64,000 nt of DNA from Vicinamibacteria bacterium (GCA_963555995.3 OY821641.1:3296001-3360000); one strand, 5' to 3'; positions 7,396 through 17,100 are shown, counted from the stretch's first letter. Notes: generated from the sequence alone by a model not told the origin. Made by a program: numbers and translations.

Positions 7396-10371
7396 ATGAC
7401 TTTCAACGAAGCCAACACCGTCGAGGCGTTCCTCCGCGACCTCCTCTGCGGGGGAATCACCCACCACACCGCGGTCGGCCCGGGCCGGGCGCGCCGAGCC
7501 GGGAGGCTCTCCGGGCTCGGTTGGCACTACCTCGCGGCGCGAGACCTTCCTCGGTCTTCGCACCAGGTCCTCGTCGAACCCCACCTGCGCGAAGCCCTGA
7601 TCCGCCTGAACCCGGAGATCGCGGCGCAGCCCGATCGCGCCGACGAAGTCCTGTACCGGCTGCGGGCCATCCTGATGACGGTGGGGGCTGAGGGGCTGGT
7701 CGAGGCCAACAAGGAGTTCGCGGCGTGGCTGACCGGCGAACGATCCATGCCCTTCGGGCCGGAGGGGGAGCACGTGACTGTCCGGTTGCTCGACTTCGAG
7801 GACGTGGACCAGAACCAGTGGGTCGTCACCCAGCAGTACATCGCCCGGCGCGAGCAAGACACGACCAAACGTGCCGATCTGGTGCTGCTCGTCAATGGAA
7901 TTCCGCTGATCGTCATCGAGGCCAAGACCCCGGTGCGGCTCAGCGAGAGCTGGCTGGACGGAGCCATCCAGATCGAGGTGGACTACCAGAAGAACGTCCC
8001 CGAGCTGTTCGTGCCCAACTTGTCGTCCATCGCCACCGAAGGCAAGGAGTTTCGGTACGGAGGTGTCGGCCTGCCGGCGGGCGACTGGGGTCCCTGGCGG
8101 TCGCCCGAGCCGGGGCAGACGGAGGCTCCGGCACTCAAGCGCCTTGAAGGTCTCGTGGCTTCAATGCTCCACCCGGAGACCGTTCTCGATCTCGTTGCCA
8201 ACTTCACCGCCTTCGTGGCCGACCCACAGAAGGGGCGCATGAAACTCATCGCCCGCCACCAGCAGGTCGAAGCGACGAACCGGATCGTCGAGAGGGTCGT
8301 TGCCGGCCGGCCCAGGCAGGGCCTCATCTGGCACTTCCAGGGCTCCGGGAAGACGGAACTCATGCTCTTCGCCGCCCGCAAACTGCGGATGCACCCGGAG
8401 TTGCAGAACCCCGCAGTGCTTGTGGTGGTGGATCGGGTGGATCTGGACACCCAGCACTCCGCCGCCTTCCGGGCGGCGGAGTTGCCCAACATGGTCCGGG
8501 CGGAGAGGACGGAGGACTTGGTTCGCCTGCTGGCCCAGGACACGCGCAAGGTCATCCTCACGACCATCTTCAAGTTCGGGGAGGCGGAAGGGGTCCTCAA
8601 CGACAGCGACAACCTGATCGTGCTGGTGGACGAGGCGCACCGGACCCAGGAAGGCGACCTCGGCCGCCGGATGCGCCGGGCGCTGCCCAACGCCTTCCTG
8701 TTCGGCCTCACCGGCACGCCGATCAACCGGGCCGACAAGAACACCTTCCTCGCTTTCGGGGCCGAGGAAGACGCAAACCGCTACCTCAGCCGCTACGGTT
8801 TCGAGGAGTCGGTTGCGGACGGCGCGACCCTGCCGCTCCATTTCGAGCCTCGCCTGCTCGAACTCCACGTGGATCAGGACGCGATGGACGCCGAGTTCGG
8901 GCAACTGACCGGCAGCTTGACGGACACCGAACGCGAGCGGCTGGCCAAAACTGCCGCGCGGACGGCCGTGCTGCTCAAGACCCCCGAGCGGGTCGAAGCG
9001 ATCTGCGCCGACATCGCGGACCACTATCGCGGCAGGGTCGAGCCTCACGGTTTCGGCGCCCAGGTAGTGACCTACGACCGGGAGAGTTGCGTTCTCTACA
9101 AACGGGCGCTCGACCGGCACCTGCCTCCAGAAGCGTCCGCCGTCGTCATGACCGTTGAAGGCGGCGAGCAGGAGTTCGCGGCCTATCGCCGGGACCGCGA
9201 GGAAGAGGCGCGGCTACTCGACCGCTTCCGGGACCCTGGTGACCCGCTGAAGATCCTGATCGTGACCTCCAAGCTGCTGACCGGGTTCAACGCGCCGATC
9301 CTGCAGACGATGTATCTCGACAAGCCGATCCGCGACATCGCGCTGGTGCAGGCCATCTGTCGGGCGAATCGCCCCTACGGCGACGAAAAGAAGCACGCGC
9401 TGATCGTGGACTACCTCGGGGTGTTCGACGACGCGGCGCGCACACTGCGGTTCGACGAGAAGGGCATGGAAAGGCTCATCACCAACATCGCGGAACTGGT
9501 TGCTGAACTCCCGGAGGCGTTGCGGAAGTGTCTCGCCTACTTCAGCGGCGTGGACCGCTCCGTCTTTGGGTATGAGGGGTTGATCGCGGCGCAGGAGTGT
9601 CTGCCGGACAACGCGACCCGCGACCGCTTCGCCGCCGACTACGTGCGGCTGGCCCGGCTGTGGGAAATCGCCTCCCCGCGCCCTCCCACGGACACCTACG
9701 AGGCCGACTATCGCTGGTTGACGCAGGTGTACCGCTCACTGCAGCCCTCCACCGGCACCGGGCGGCTCCTGTGGCGTAGCTTCGGCGCCAAGACCATCCA
9801 GCTCATCCAGCGGAACGTCCATGTGGACGCGATTCAGGACGACCTCGACGAAGTCGTTCTCGACGCGGAGACGCTGGAAGCGGTGCTGGCGAATCCCGAC
9901 GCGGAACGGAAGGCCAGGGAAGTCGAGATCAGGCTCGGCTCACGGCTGCGGCGGCTCGCCCACGATCCGAAGTTCCGCCCGCTCGGCGAACGGCTTGAGG
10001 CGCTCAAGGAGAAACACCTGCAGGGAGCGCTCGGGAGCATCGCGTTCCTGAAGTCGCTGCTCGAGCTGGCCCGCGATGTCCTCGAAGCGGAGCGCACGGC
10101 GGCGGTGCCCCATGCGGAGGATCCCGGCAAGGCAGCGCTCACGGCTCTCTTCGAAGAAGTGCGCAACGAACGAACCCCCATCATCGTCGAGCGCGTCGTG
10201 AGCGACATTGACGAGATCGTGCGCCAGGTCCGTTTCGACGGTTGGCAGAGCACCCACGCCGGAGAGCGCATCGTCAAGAAGGAGCTTCGGAGGACCCTGC
10301 TGAAGTACCGCCTCCACAAGGAAAAGGACCTCTTCGACCGCGCCTACGGCTACATCACGCAGTACTACTGA
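7396..10371 (+). CDS. hsdR: Type I restriction endonuclease subunit R
   Basis: Nuclease motif ADLVLLVNGIPLIVIEAK, Walker A QGSGKT, DEAH box, LTGTP, LLTGFNAP, QAICRANR. Confidence 0.95.
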   Translation: MTFNEANTVEAFLRDLLCGGITHHTAVGPGRARRAGRLSGLGWHYLAARDLPRSSHQVLVEPHLREALIRLNPEIAAQPDRADEVLYRLRAILMTVGAEGLVEANKEFAAWLTGERSMPFGPEGEHVTVRLLDFEDVDQNQWVVTQQYIARREQDTTKRADLVLLVNGIPLIVIEAKTPVRLSESWLDGAIQIEVDYQKNVPELFVPNLSSIATEGKEFRYGGVGLPAGDWGPWRSPEPGQTEAPALKRLEGLVASMLHPETVLDLVANFTAFVADPQKGRMKLIARHQQVEATNRIVERVVAGRPRQGLIWHFQGSGKTELMLFAARKLRMHPELQNPAVLVVVDRVDLDTQHSAAFRAAELPNMVRAERTEDLVRLLAQDTRKVILTTIFKFGEAEGVLNDSDNLIVLVDEAHRTQEGDLGRRMRRALPNAFLFGLTGTPINRADKNTFLAFGAEEDANRYLSRYGFEESVADGATLPLHFEPRLLELHVDQDAMDAEFGQLTGSLTDTERERLAKTAARTAVLLKTPERVEAICADIADHYRGRVEPHGFGAQVVTYDRESCVLYKRALDRHLPPEASAVVMTVEGGEQEFAAYRRDREEEARLLDRFRDPGDPLKILIVTSKLLTGFNAPILQTMYLDKPIRDIALVQAICRANRPYGDEKKHALIVDYLGVFDDAARTLRFDEKGMERLITNIAELVAELPEALRKCLAYFSGVDRSVFGYEGLIAAQECLPDNATRDRFAADYVRLARLWEIASPRPPTDTYEADYRWLTQVYRSLQPSTGTGRLLWRSFGAKTIQLIQRNVHVDAIQDDLDEVVLDAETLEAVLANPDAERKAREVEIRLGSRLRRLAHDPKFRPLGERLEALKEKHLQGALGSIAFLKSLLELARDVLEAERTAAVPHAEDPGKAALTALFEEVRNERTPIIVERVVSDIDEIVRQVRFDGWQSTHAGERIVKKELRRTLLKYRLHKEKDLFDRAYGYITQYY

Positions 10372-10387
10372 CTCGGGTCGCGGGCGT

Positions 10388-10430
10388 TTGACATGATTTT
10401 CCCTAATTTCTATAGTTACGAGGATGTCAA
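10388..10430 (+). promoter_or_regulatory. Sigma70-type promoter of the RES TA operon with a flanking inverted repeat, probably leaderless
   Basis: TTGACA (10388-10393), 17-bp spacer, TATAGT (10411-10416), ATG 7 nt later. TTGACAT (10388) and ATGTCAA (10424) form an inverted repeat. Confidence 0.7.
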
Positions 10431-11122
10431 GTCACAAGACGCAGTCGGGGATGCCCTTGCCGGAGTCCCTGATCAGCGTTGGCCTCGACGCTGACGACCT
10501 TCGGGCGCTCCCGGAAACGCTTCGTGAGCAATGTGGCGTGCTCTGGGAAGGGCCTTCGGGGGACTGGACCCTGGTGGGCACCCGCGACACGGAACTGGCG
10601 CAGCTCCTCCGGAGGGTCCTTACCCGTCTGGAACCGATGGCGGCCATGCACCGCCGGAGACTCAGCGAGCGCAACATTGATCTCTTGTTGGAGAGCATTC
10701 TCGCCGACGCTCCGCGAGACGACGTTCACGCCGTGCTCGAGTTGGACAACGCCAAGCTGCGGGCCGACTACGTGGAGGAGACACGGTTGCTCACCGGGGC
10801 CGAGGTTCGCGCCGCGTCGGGCCTCAGCCCGAAAAACGCCAGCGAACCGGCCTCGCGCTGGAAGCGCGAGGGGCGAATCTTCGCGGTTCGCCACGGCGGG
10901 CGAGACCTCTACCCGGCGTTCCAGTTCGCCGATGGCCAACCGAGGTCCGTCATCAAGAGCATCCTTGCCGTGATGCCATCGTCGGCGACACCCTGGCAGA
11001 TTGCGCTGTGGTTCGCCTCCGGCAACGGCTGGCTGGACGGCGCCGAACCTCAAGAATGCCTCGATGCCGCGGAGCAGCTCGTTGAAGCGGCCCGCGACTT
11101 CGCCAATCCGGTCGAGGGCTAG
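10424..11122 (+). CDS. Xre/MbcA/ParS-like antitoxin
   Basis: HTH-like region with SRWKREGRIFAV...YPAFQF and C-terminal WFASGNGWLDGAEP, upstream of a RES gene. Confidence 0.75.
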   Translation: MSSHKTQSGMPLPESLISVGLDADDLRALPETLREQCGVLWEGPSGDWTLVGTRDTELAQLLRRVLTRLEPMAAMHRRRLSERNIDLLLESILADAPRDDVHAVLELDNAKLRADYVEETRLLTGAEVRAASGLSPKNASEPASRWKREGRIFAVRHGGRDLYPAFQFADGQPRSVIKSILAVMPSSATPWQIALWFASGNGWLDGAEPQECLDAAEQLVEAARDFANPVEG

Positions 11123-11301
11123 CAGCCTGTGGTGCAACTCACGCGGCTTTCGACGCCCGCTGAATCCCCGCTGAAACGCTCGCTTGCAGCTCGCTCATCG
11201 TTGCGCTTCGGTCGAAATACACCCGGTATTCCTCCCTTGCGCGCCTTGTCAGCGAGGCCCCGCGGGCGTCTCGGTCCTCACGCCAGTTCCACCACAGGCT
11301 G
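11123..11301. mobile_element. 179-bp MITE-like element (CAGCCTGTGG family, distant member)
   Basis: Terminal inverted repeat tagCAGCCTGTGGTGcAACT / AGTTcCACCACAGGCTGcta (19/20 match). Flanks are CTAG and CTAA. No transposase. Confidence 0.8.
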
Positions 11302-11319
11302 CTAACCGAGGCGCGGATC

Positions 11320-11955
11320 GTGACGATCCCGAAGCCTTCCGGACACCTGGCGCCCCCCAATCCCAGGATTCTGGAGTCCGGGACCGTGCTGCACCGGATC
11401 CATGATCGGAGCCGGTCGCCCAACGCCTTCAATCCGTGTCGGGGGAGGCCAACGCGCTTCGCGCCCATCGCGGACGCCAAAGGACGGTGCGTACCTTCCC
11501 TCTATGCGGGAAGCACCTTTGATTCCGCCGCCTACGAAACGCTGTTCCGCGGCATCCCCGTACACACGCAACGGAAGACCGCTCCTCTCTCCGCGGTGAT
11601 CAGCCGCGCTCACGGCACCTTCCAGACGCTGCGGGACCTCACGCTCGCTTCGCTGCGAGCTCCCGATCTCGCGAGATGGGGGGTGTCGCGGCACGCGCTG
11701 ATCGCGTCTTCGCCCCAGCACTACCAAGAGACCGCCGCTTGGGCGAAGGCGATCCATGACCAGTGTCCGCGCATCGAGGGCCTCGTATGGACCTCCAGCC
11801 AGTGCGATCCAGACGACGCCTATCTCTTCTTCGGGGACCGCGTTCGCCCCGAGGACCTGCGAATCGTCTCCGTCCGGGACGGCTCGAGTGATCCTGCGTT
11901 CCTCGCCGATGTGCGGCTGGCCGGACAGCGCGCCGGCATCACCATCGTGATTTGA
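11320..11955 (+). CDS. RES-domain toxin (NAD+-targeting family)
   Basis: Conserved R (PTRF), LY, E (AAYETLF) and S (GLVWTSSQ) residues of the RES domain. Confidence 0.88.
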   Translation: MTIPKPSGHLAPPNPRILESGTVLHRIHDRSRSPNAFNPCRGRPTRFAPIADAKGRCVPSLYAGSTFDSAAYETLFRGIPVHTQRKTAPLSAVISRAHGTFQTLRDLTLASLRAPDLARWGVSRHALIASSPQHYQETAAWAKAIHDQCPRIEGLVWTSSQCDPDDAYLFFGDRVRPEDLRIVSVRDGSSDPAFLADVRLAGQRAGITIVI

Positions 11956-12102
11956 TCAGGCGAGTTGCGAGAGCAGCGCCAGCGCCGGGGCGACCCGGAT
12001 CCCGTCGAGGGTTTGATCGTCCTTCTGTCCGGTGCCGGAAATCTGCAATACGGCAGTTTTCACCCCCGGTCCAAATTTGCCGCGGCAGATTTGGATCGCG
12101 GG

Positions 12103-13011
12103 TCAGATTTGCCGTGCTCCGTCCGCGATGTTGATTCCCGCGATGTCCTCGCAGTAGCGGGCGATGGCGGCGTGGTCCTCGCGGGCGTGGCCGTTCTCCA
12201 CCAGCGTCTTCACGAACTGGCGGACGACGGTGGTGACCGGGATCGGACTCCCGTTCTGGGCCGCCGCGGCCAGAGCGTTGTTGAGGTCCTTGAGATGGAG
12301 TTCGAGGCGGAAGCCCGGCTTCCAGTCGCCCGCGATCATCTTCCCGGCCTTGGCGTTCAGCACCGCGCTCCCCGCGAGGCCCCCCTCGATGGCGGACACC
12401 ACCACCCGCGGATCGAGACCGGAGCGAACGGCAAAGACGAGCGCCTCGCCCACGGCCTGGATGTTCGCGGCCACGATCATCTGGTTCGCGATCTTCACCG
12501 TGTTGCCGGCGCCCACCGGGCCGCAGAGGACCGCGCTCTTGCCGAGGACATCGAACACGGGACCCAGCGCCTCGAAGGCGGCCTCCTCGCCTCCCGCCAT
12601 GATCGCGAGCTCCCCGGCGATGGCGCCGGGCTCTCCGCCGCTCACCGGCGCATCCACGAACCCGACGCCGCGCTCGCCGGCGGCGGCGGCGATCTTTCGG
12701 GAAACCCCGGGCTCGATCGAGGACATGTCCGTCACCAGCGCCGGAAGTTCCGGGGCGGCGAGGACGCCCTTCGGGCCGAGCATCACGAGCTCCGAGTCGG
12801 GCGAATCCGGCAGCATCAGGATGACCGCATCCCGTCCGCTCGCGCATTCGGCGCCCGACCCGGCGCGCCGAGCGCCCGCGGCCACCAGTTCGTCCACCGG
12901 CCCCGGCGAGCGGCTGTGGACCGTGAGGTCATACCCGGCAGCCAGCAGATTCTTCGCCATGGGCTTGCCCATGACCCCGAGACCAATGAACCCGATGGAG
13001 TGGAGCGGCAT
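12103..13011 (-). CDS. 2-hydroxy-3-oxopropionate reductase / beta-hydroxyacid dehydrogenase (GarR/GlxR family)
   Basis: IGFIGLGVMGKPMA, DAPVSGG, VKIANQ, F..LHLKDL motifs. Confidence 0.9.
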   Translation of the reverse strand: MPLHSIGFIGLGVMGKPMAKNLLAAGYDLTVHSRSPGPVDELVAAGARRAGSGAECASGRDAVILMLPDSPDSELVMLGPKGVLAAPELPALVTDMSSIEPGVSRKIAAAAGERGVGFVDAPVSGGEPGAIAGELAIMAGGEEAAFEALGPVFDVLGKSAVLCGPVGAGNTVKIANQMIVAANIQAVGEALVFAVRSGLDPRVVVSAIEGGLAGSAVLNAKAGKMIAGDWKPGFRLELHLKDLNNALAAAAQNGSPIPVTTVVRQFVKTLVENGHAREDHAAIARYCEDIAGINIADGARQI

Positions 13012-13093
13012 GACGGGCGAGGCTACCAGCCCGCGGAAAACCCGCGCGGCGCAGTTGCTGTGAGAATGCAGTCTCGCTCGCCCGCCAAACCGC

Positions 13094-13492
13094 TGCACTC
13101 GCCGGGTCTTCGGACGGGAACTTCACGCACTACCGGGGCCTCCCCGCCGTGGACTCCATGCATTAGGTCACCCGGTTGGCCCGGACTCCATGCACTCGCC
13201 GGATCTTGGGACGGGAACTCCACGCACTACGAGGACCTGCCGGCCGCGAACTCCATGCATTCGCTGACCCGGTTGGCCCGAACTCCATGCACTTGCCGGG
13301 TCTTCGGACGGGAACTCCACGCACTACCGGGGCCTGCCCGCCGTGGACTCCATGCACTAGGTCACCCGGTTGGCCCGAACTCCATGCACTCGCCGAGTCC
13401 TCGGACGGGAACTCCACGCACTACCGGGGTCTTCCGGCCATGGACTCCATGCATTCGCTGACCCGGTTGGCCCGAACTCCATGCACTCGCCG
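13094..13492. repeat. Hierarchical tandem repeat: 13-bp core RACTCCAYGCAYT every 32-33 bp, 97-bp higher-order unit, about 4 copies
   Basis: TGCACTYGCC recurs at 13094, 13191, 13288, 13385 and 13482 (period 97). There are 12 full cores plus one partial, with three recurring linker types. Confidence 0.95.
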
Positions 13493-13529
13493 AACTCATC
13501 CTCCACCTCCGAATGGCGCCGTCGGGGGT

Positions 13530-13574
13530 GGCCCCGTTCTGGATGTCGCCATACGGCCCCGTTTTGGATGTCGC
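13530..13574. repeat. 20-bp direct repeat GGCCCCGTTYTGGATGTCGC, two copies
   Basis: Copies at 13530-13549 and 13555-13574, inside the same element. Confidence 0.8.
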
Positions 13575-13689
13575 TTGGCAGGTGGGGGGTAGCGACGCTC
13601 ACGGGGGTTTCACCGCAGACGGGTACAGCCGCCCGCCGGTCTCATTCGGGATAGCCTTCGGAGTCCGCCTCGCGGCAGAAGGAGACCAG

Positions 13690-14022
13690 GTGAGCCACTA
13701 CTACGAGGACCACGACCTGTCCCGCTTCGGCGAGATGGGCCGCAACGCTCCCGAACTCTGGGACAAGTTCAACGACTGGTACCAAGCCACGTTCAAGGAG
13801 GGATCGCTGACCGGGCGGGAGAAGGCGCTGATCGCCCTGGGCGTGGCGCACGCCCTCCAGTGTCCCTACTGCATTGACGCCTGGTCGCAGGAGTGCCTCG
13901 AGAAGGGGTCGAACCTCGACCAGATGACGGAAGCGGTCCACGTCGCGGCGGCCATCCGGGGCGGGGCGGCCCTGGTGCACGGGGTGCAGATGCGGAAACG
14001 GAACGACGAGCTGAGCATGTGA
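13690..14022 (+). CDS. AhpD/carboxymuconolactone-decarboxylase-family protein (arsenosugar-associated peroxidase-like)
   Basis: REKALIALGVAHALQCPYCID motif. AAGGAG RBS precedes the GTG; its stop overlaps the arsS start. Confidence 0.88.
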   Translation: MSHYYEDHDLSRFGEMGRNAPELWDKFNDWYQATFKEGSLTGREKALIALGVAHALQCPYCIDAWSQECLEKGSNLDQMTEAVHVAAAIRGGAALVHGVQMRKRNDELSM

Positions 14023-15044
14023 TGGAGGCTCTCCTCGAACTCCCGACCCGGAACGGGCGCCGGGCGCCCCGCCCGGTCAGCGAGCAGCGGTTTCCCTCCT
14101 TCGATTCCCGGCTCGCGCGCCACGGACTCCACCCCCTCCGCGCCACCGGCATCGAGGTCTTCCAGATCAACGTCGGCAAGCTCTGCAACCAGACGTGCCG
14201 GCACTGCCACGTGGACGCCGGACCGGACCGCAGCGAGCGCATGACCCGCGAGACGGCCGAGGCCTGCATCCGGGCGCTGGAGCGGACGGACGCCCACACC
14301 GTGGACATCACCGGCGGCGCCCCCGAGCTGAACGAGAACTTCCGCTACCTGGTGGACGCCTCCCGCGCCCTCGGACGCCACGTGATGGACCGGTCCAACC
14401 TGACCGTGCTGCTGCTCCGGTCCCAGGCGGACCTCGCCGGATTCCTCGCCGAGCACGAAGTGGAGGTCATCGCCAGCCTCCCCTACTTCCTGGCGGAGCG
14501 CACCGACGCCCAACGCGGGGAGGGCGTCTTCGACAGGTCCATCGAGGCGCTCCGCCTCCTGAACCGCCTGGGGTACGGCCAGGGCGGCAAGCTGCGGCTC
14601 AACCTGGTTTACAACCCGACGGGCGCGTTCCTGCCCGGCGACCAGGACGCACTCGAGCGGGAGTTCAAGCGCGAGCTCGACCGGCGGTACCGGATTCACT
14701 TCGACCGCCTCTACACGATCACGAACATGCCGATCAGCCGCTTCCTCGACTTCCTGCTCGAGAGCGGCAACTACGAGAGGTACATGGAGCGGCTGGTGAA
14801 CGCGTTCAATCCGGCGGCGGCCGAGGCCGTGATGTGCCGCAACACCCTCTCGGTGGGCTGGGACGGGCAGCTCTACGACTGCGACTTCAACCAGATGCTG
14901 GAGGACACCGTGGGGTTCGGGGCGCCCACGCACGTCCGCGACTTCTCGGCGGACCTGCTGGCGAAGCGGCGCATCGTGACCGGTCTTCACTGTTACGGCT
15001 GCACCGCCGGCGCCGGCTCCAGTTGCGGAGGGACCACCGCTTGA
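14022..15044 (+). CDS. arsS: Radical SAM protein, ArsS (arsenosugar biosynthesis)/DUF3641 family
   Basis: CNQTCRHCHV (CxxxCxxC), DITGGAPELN, MCRNTLSV...YDCDFNQM, and C-terminal HCYGCTAGAGSSCGG. Confidence 0.88.
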   Translation: MEALLELPTRNGRRAPRPVSEQRFPSFDSRLARHGLHPLRATGIEVFQINVGKLCNQTCRHCHVDAGPDRSERMTRETAEACIRALERTDAHTVDITGGAPELNENFRYLVDASRALGRHVMDRSNLTVLLLRSQADLAGFLAEHEVEVIASLPYFLAERTDAQRGEGVFDRSIEALRLLNRLGYGQGGKLRLNLVYNPTGAFLPGDQDALEREFKRELDRRYRIHFDRLYTITNMPISRFLDFLLESGNYERYMERLVNAFNPAAAEAVMCRNTLSVGWDGQLYDCDFNQMLEDTVGFGAPTHVRDFSADLLAKRRIVTGLHCYGCTAGAGSSCGGTTA

Positions 15045-16138
15045 ACCGAACGGCGCGGGCGGCGGTGCTGGCCGCGCCGGGACGCCCCGCCGAACTCCGG
15101 GAGTTTCCGCTCCCCGCACCGGAGCCCGGGGAAATCCTGCTGGAAACCCTCGCTTCCGAGGTGTGCGGAACGGACGTCCATCTCCGCGAGGGCCGGCTCG
15201 CCGGCGTTCCCTACCCGATCATCCCGGGACACGTGAGCGTCGGCCGGGTCGCGGAGACGAACGGCGTCACCCGGGACGCCGCCGGAAACCCGCTCGGCGC
15301 GGGCAGCGTGGTGTCCTTCTTCGACGTCCACGCCACCTGCCACGCCTGCTACCAGTGCCTGGTGGCGCGCCAGCCGAACCGGTGTCCGTCCCGCCGGGTC
15401 TATGGCATCACCTATTCCGCGGAAGAAGGGTTGCTCGGGGGCTGGGCCGAGAACATCCTGCTGCTCCCCGGAGTCCGGACGGTGGTGCTTCCCGGCGAGC
15501 TTTCGGTGGACGACCTGATCGGCGGCGGGTGCGGGCTCTTCACCGGGTTCGCCGCGGTGGACCGGGCCGACATCCGTCTCGGCGAGAGCGTGGTGGTGCA
15601 GGGCGTCGGCCCGGTGGGGCTCGCGGCCATCGCCTTCGCCCGGACGTCCGGCGCCGGCGCGGTGGTGGCGGTCGGGGAGCCGGCGGCGCGCCGCGAGCTC
15701 GCCCGCCGCATGGGCGCGGACGAGTCCCTGGCGCTGGCGGAGACCGATGCGGACGACCGGGTTCAGCAAGTGCGGGCCGCCACCGGGGGACGCGGCGCCG
15801 ATGTGGTCATCGAGGCGAGCGGGAATCCGCAGGCGGTACCGGAGGGTTTCGCCATGCTGCGCGACGGGGGCCGCTACGTCGTCGTGGGGCACTACACCGA
15901 CGCCGGCGCCGTGCCGGTGAACCCCCACGTGGACATCAACCGCAAGCACGCGGAGGTCCGCGGCCAGTGGGGCAGCGAGTTCCATCACTGGACCCGGGCG
16001 CTGGACACCCTGGTCCGCTACCGGGAGCGGATCCCGTTCGCCGAGGTGATCGGCCGCCGCTACCGGCTCGAGGAGGCCAACCAGGCGCTCGACGACGTGG
16101 AGGCGCTCCGGGTGACCAAGGCGATCATCGTCCCGTGA
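15041..16138 (+). CDS. Zinc-binding alcohol dehydrogenase (MDR family)
   Basis: CGTD, PGH, structural Zn site CHACYQC...C, GVGPVG. TTG start overlaps the arsS stop (TTGA). Confidence 0.88.
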   Translation: MNRTARAAVLAAPGRPAELREFPLPAPEPGEILLETLASEVCGTDVHLREGRLAGVPYPIIPGHVSVGRVAETNGVTRDAAGNPLGAGSVVSFFDVHATCHACYQCLVARQPNRCPSRRVYGITYSAEEGLLGGWAENILLLPGVRTVVLPGELSVDDLIGGGCGLFTGFAAVDRADIRLGESVVVQGVGPVGLAAIAFARTSGAGAVVAVGEPAARRELARRMGADESLALAETDADDRVQQVRAATGGRGADVVIEASGNPQAVPEGFAMLRDGGRYVVVGHYTDAGAVPVNPHVDINRKHAEVRGQWGSEFHHWTRALDTLVRYRERIPFAEVIGRRYRLEEANQALDDVEALRVTKAIIVP

Positions 16139-16191
16139 GGCGCGTACCATCGCCGCAACCGGCACTCGATGCCGGAGATGGGGGATCGCTG

Positions 16192-17100
16192 ATGGCCGAA
16201 CGGGAGCGCCGGGACGAACCGGAGAACCTCGCCCGGGTGCGCGGCAGCCGGACCGCCGAGATCACGGCCGCCACCCGCGCCGGACACTTCGCGCACGGGG
16301 AGCCGCCGCTGGTCGTCGAGGACCCCTACGCGATCCACCTCGCCGGGGACCGCTGGCGGCGGATCATCGGCTCGCGTTTCCGCCACTGGCTGGTCACCCG
16401 CGTCCTGCTGCGGAAGCTCATGGGGAACGCCACCTACGTTCTCATCCGCGCCCGGTTCACCGACGACCGGGTCCTGGCGGCGGCGGAACGCGGGATGCGG
16501 CAACTGGTCATCCTGGGCGCCGGGTTCGACACCTTCGCGCTCCGGTATCCGGACCTGGGGGTCGAGGTGTTTGAAGTGGACCTGCCGGCGAGCGGCGCCC
16601 TGAAGCGGGAGAGGATGGCCGCCGCCGACCTCCCCGTTCCGCCGCACCTGCATTTCGTGAACGTGGATTTCGAGCGGGACGACCTCGGCGAACGACTCGG
16701 CGCCGCGGGCTTCCGCCCCGCCGAACCGGCGTTCTTCGCGTGGATGGGAGTGACCTTCTACCTCGTCCGCGAGGCCGTGCCGGCCACGCTGGCCCAGGTC
16801 CAGGCGCTCGCCGCCCCCGGCTCGGAGCTGGCGTTCGACTACATGAACCCGCGGGAGTCCGTTGCGGCCGGGGACCTCGCGGCCTTCGACGAGATGCTCC
16901 GCTTCGTCCGGAAACACGGGGAGCCGATGATCACGAGCTTCGATCCCGCGACCGTCACGGAGGACCTGGGGCTGGACGACGGCTGGGAAGTACTGGAACA
17001 CGAGTCCCCCGCCGAGAATCCGGAACGCATCCTGGGAGACCGCACCGACCTGCACCGCGCACCACCCCTCTTCCGCCTGCTGCACGTGCGAAAACGGTGA
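16192..17100 (+). CDS. Class I SAM-dependent methyltransferase (LCM/YktD-like), paralog 1
   Basis: EDPYA, RARFTDD, QLVILGAGFDT, FEVD, WMGVTFYL. Confidence 0.88.
   Translation: MAERERRDEPENLARVRGSRTAEITAATRAGHFAHGEPPLVVEDPYAIHLAGDRWRRIIGSRFRHWLVTRVLLRKLMGNATYVLIRARFTDDRVLAAAERGMRQLVILGAGFDTFALRYPDLGVEVFEVDLPASGALKRERMAAADLPVPPHLHFVNVDFERDDLGERLGAAGFRPAEPAFFAWMGVTFYLVREAVPATLAQVQALAAPGSELAFDYMNPRESVAAGDLAAFDEMLRFVRKHGEPMITSFDPATVTEDLGLDDGWEVLEHESPAENPERILGDRTDLHRAPPLFRLLHVRKR

Larger units (their letters stand above)
13027..13622. mobile_element. About 600-bp MITE-like element (CAGCCTGTGG family) carrying a tandem array
   Basis: Left end cagcccgcggaaaacccgcgcggcgcagttgctgtgagaatgcag and right end ggtgggggg...gctcacgggggtttcaccgcag match the ends of the 22232 and 20506 copies. 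Confidence 0.72.

Noticed and set aside
13094-13492. CRISPR array
   Set aside because: The conserved core is only 13 bp, the 19-20-bp linkers recur cyclically rather than being unique, and no cas genes are in the window.
13023-13654. Short ORFs across the tandem array
   Set aside because: They occur in several frames on both strands because the 97-bp unit shifts frame. No RBS or domain support.
14990-15044. Selenocysteine in ArsS
   Set aside because: The C-terminal SSCGG Cys is encoded by TGC, and there is no in-frame TGA before the expected end.
13893-16191. Long N-terminal extensions of the arsS, dehydrogenase and methyltransferase ORFs
   Set aside because: They overlap upstream real genes. 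Better starts exist at 14022, 15041 and 16192.
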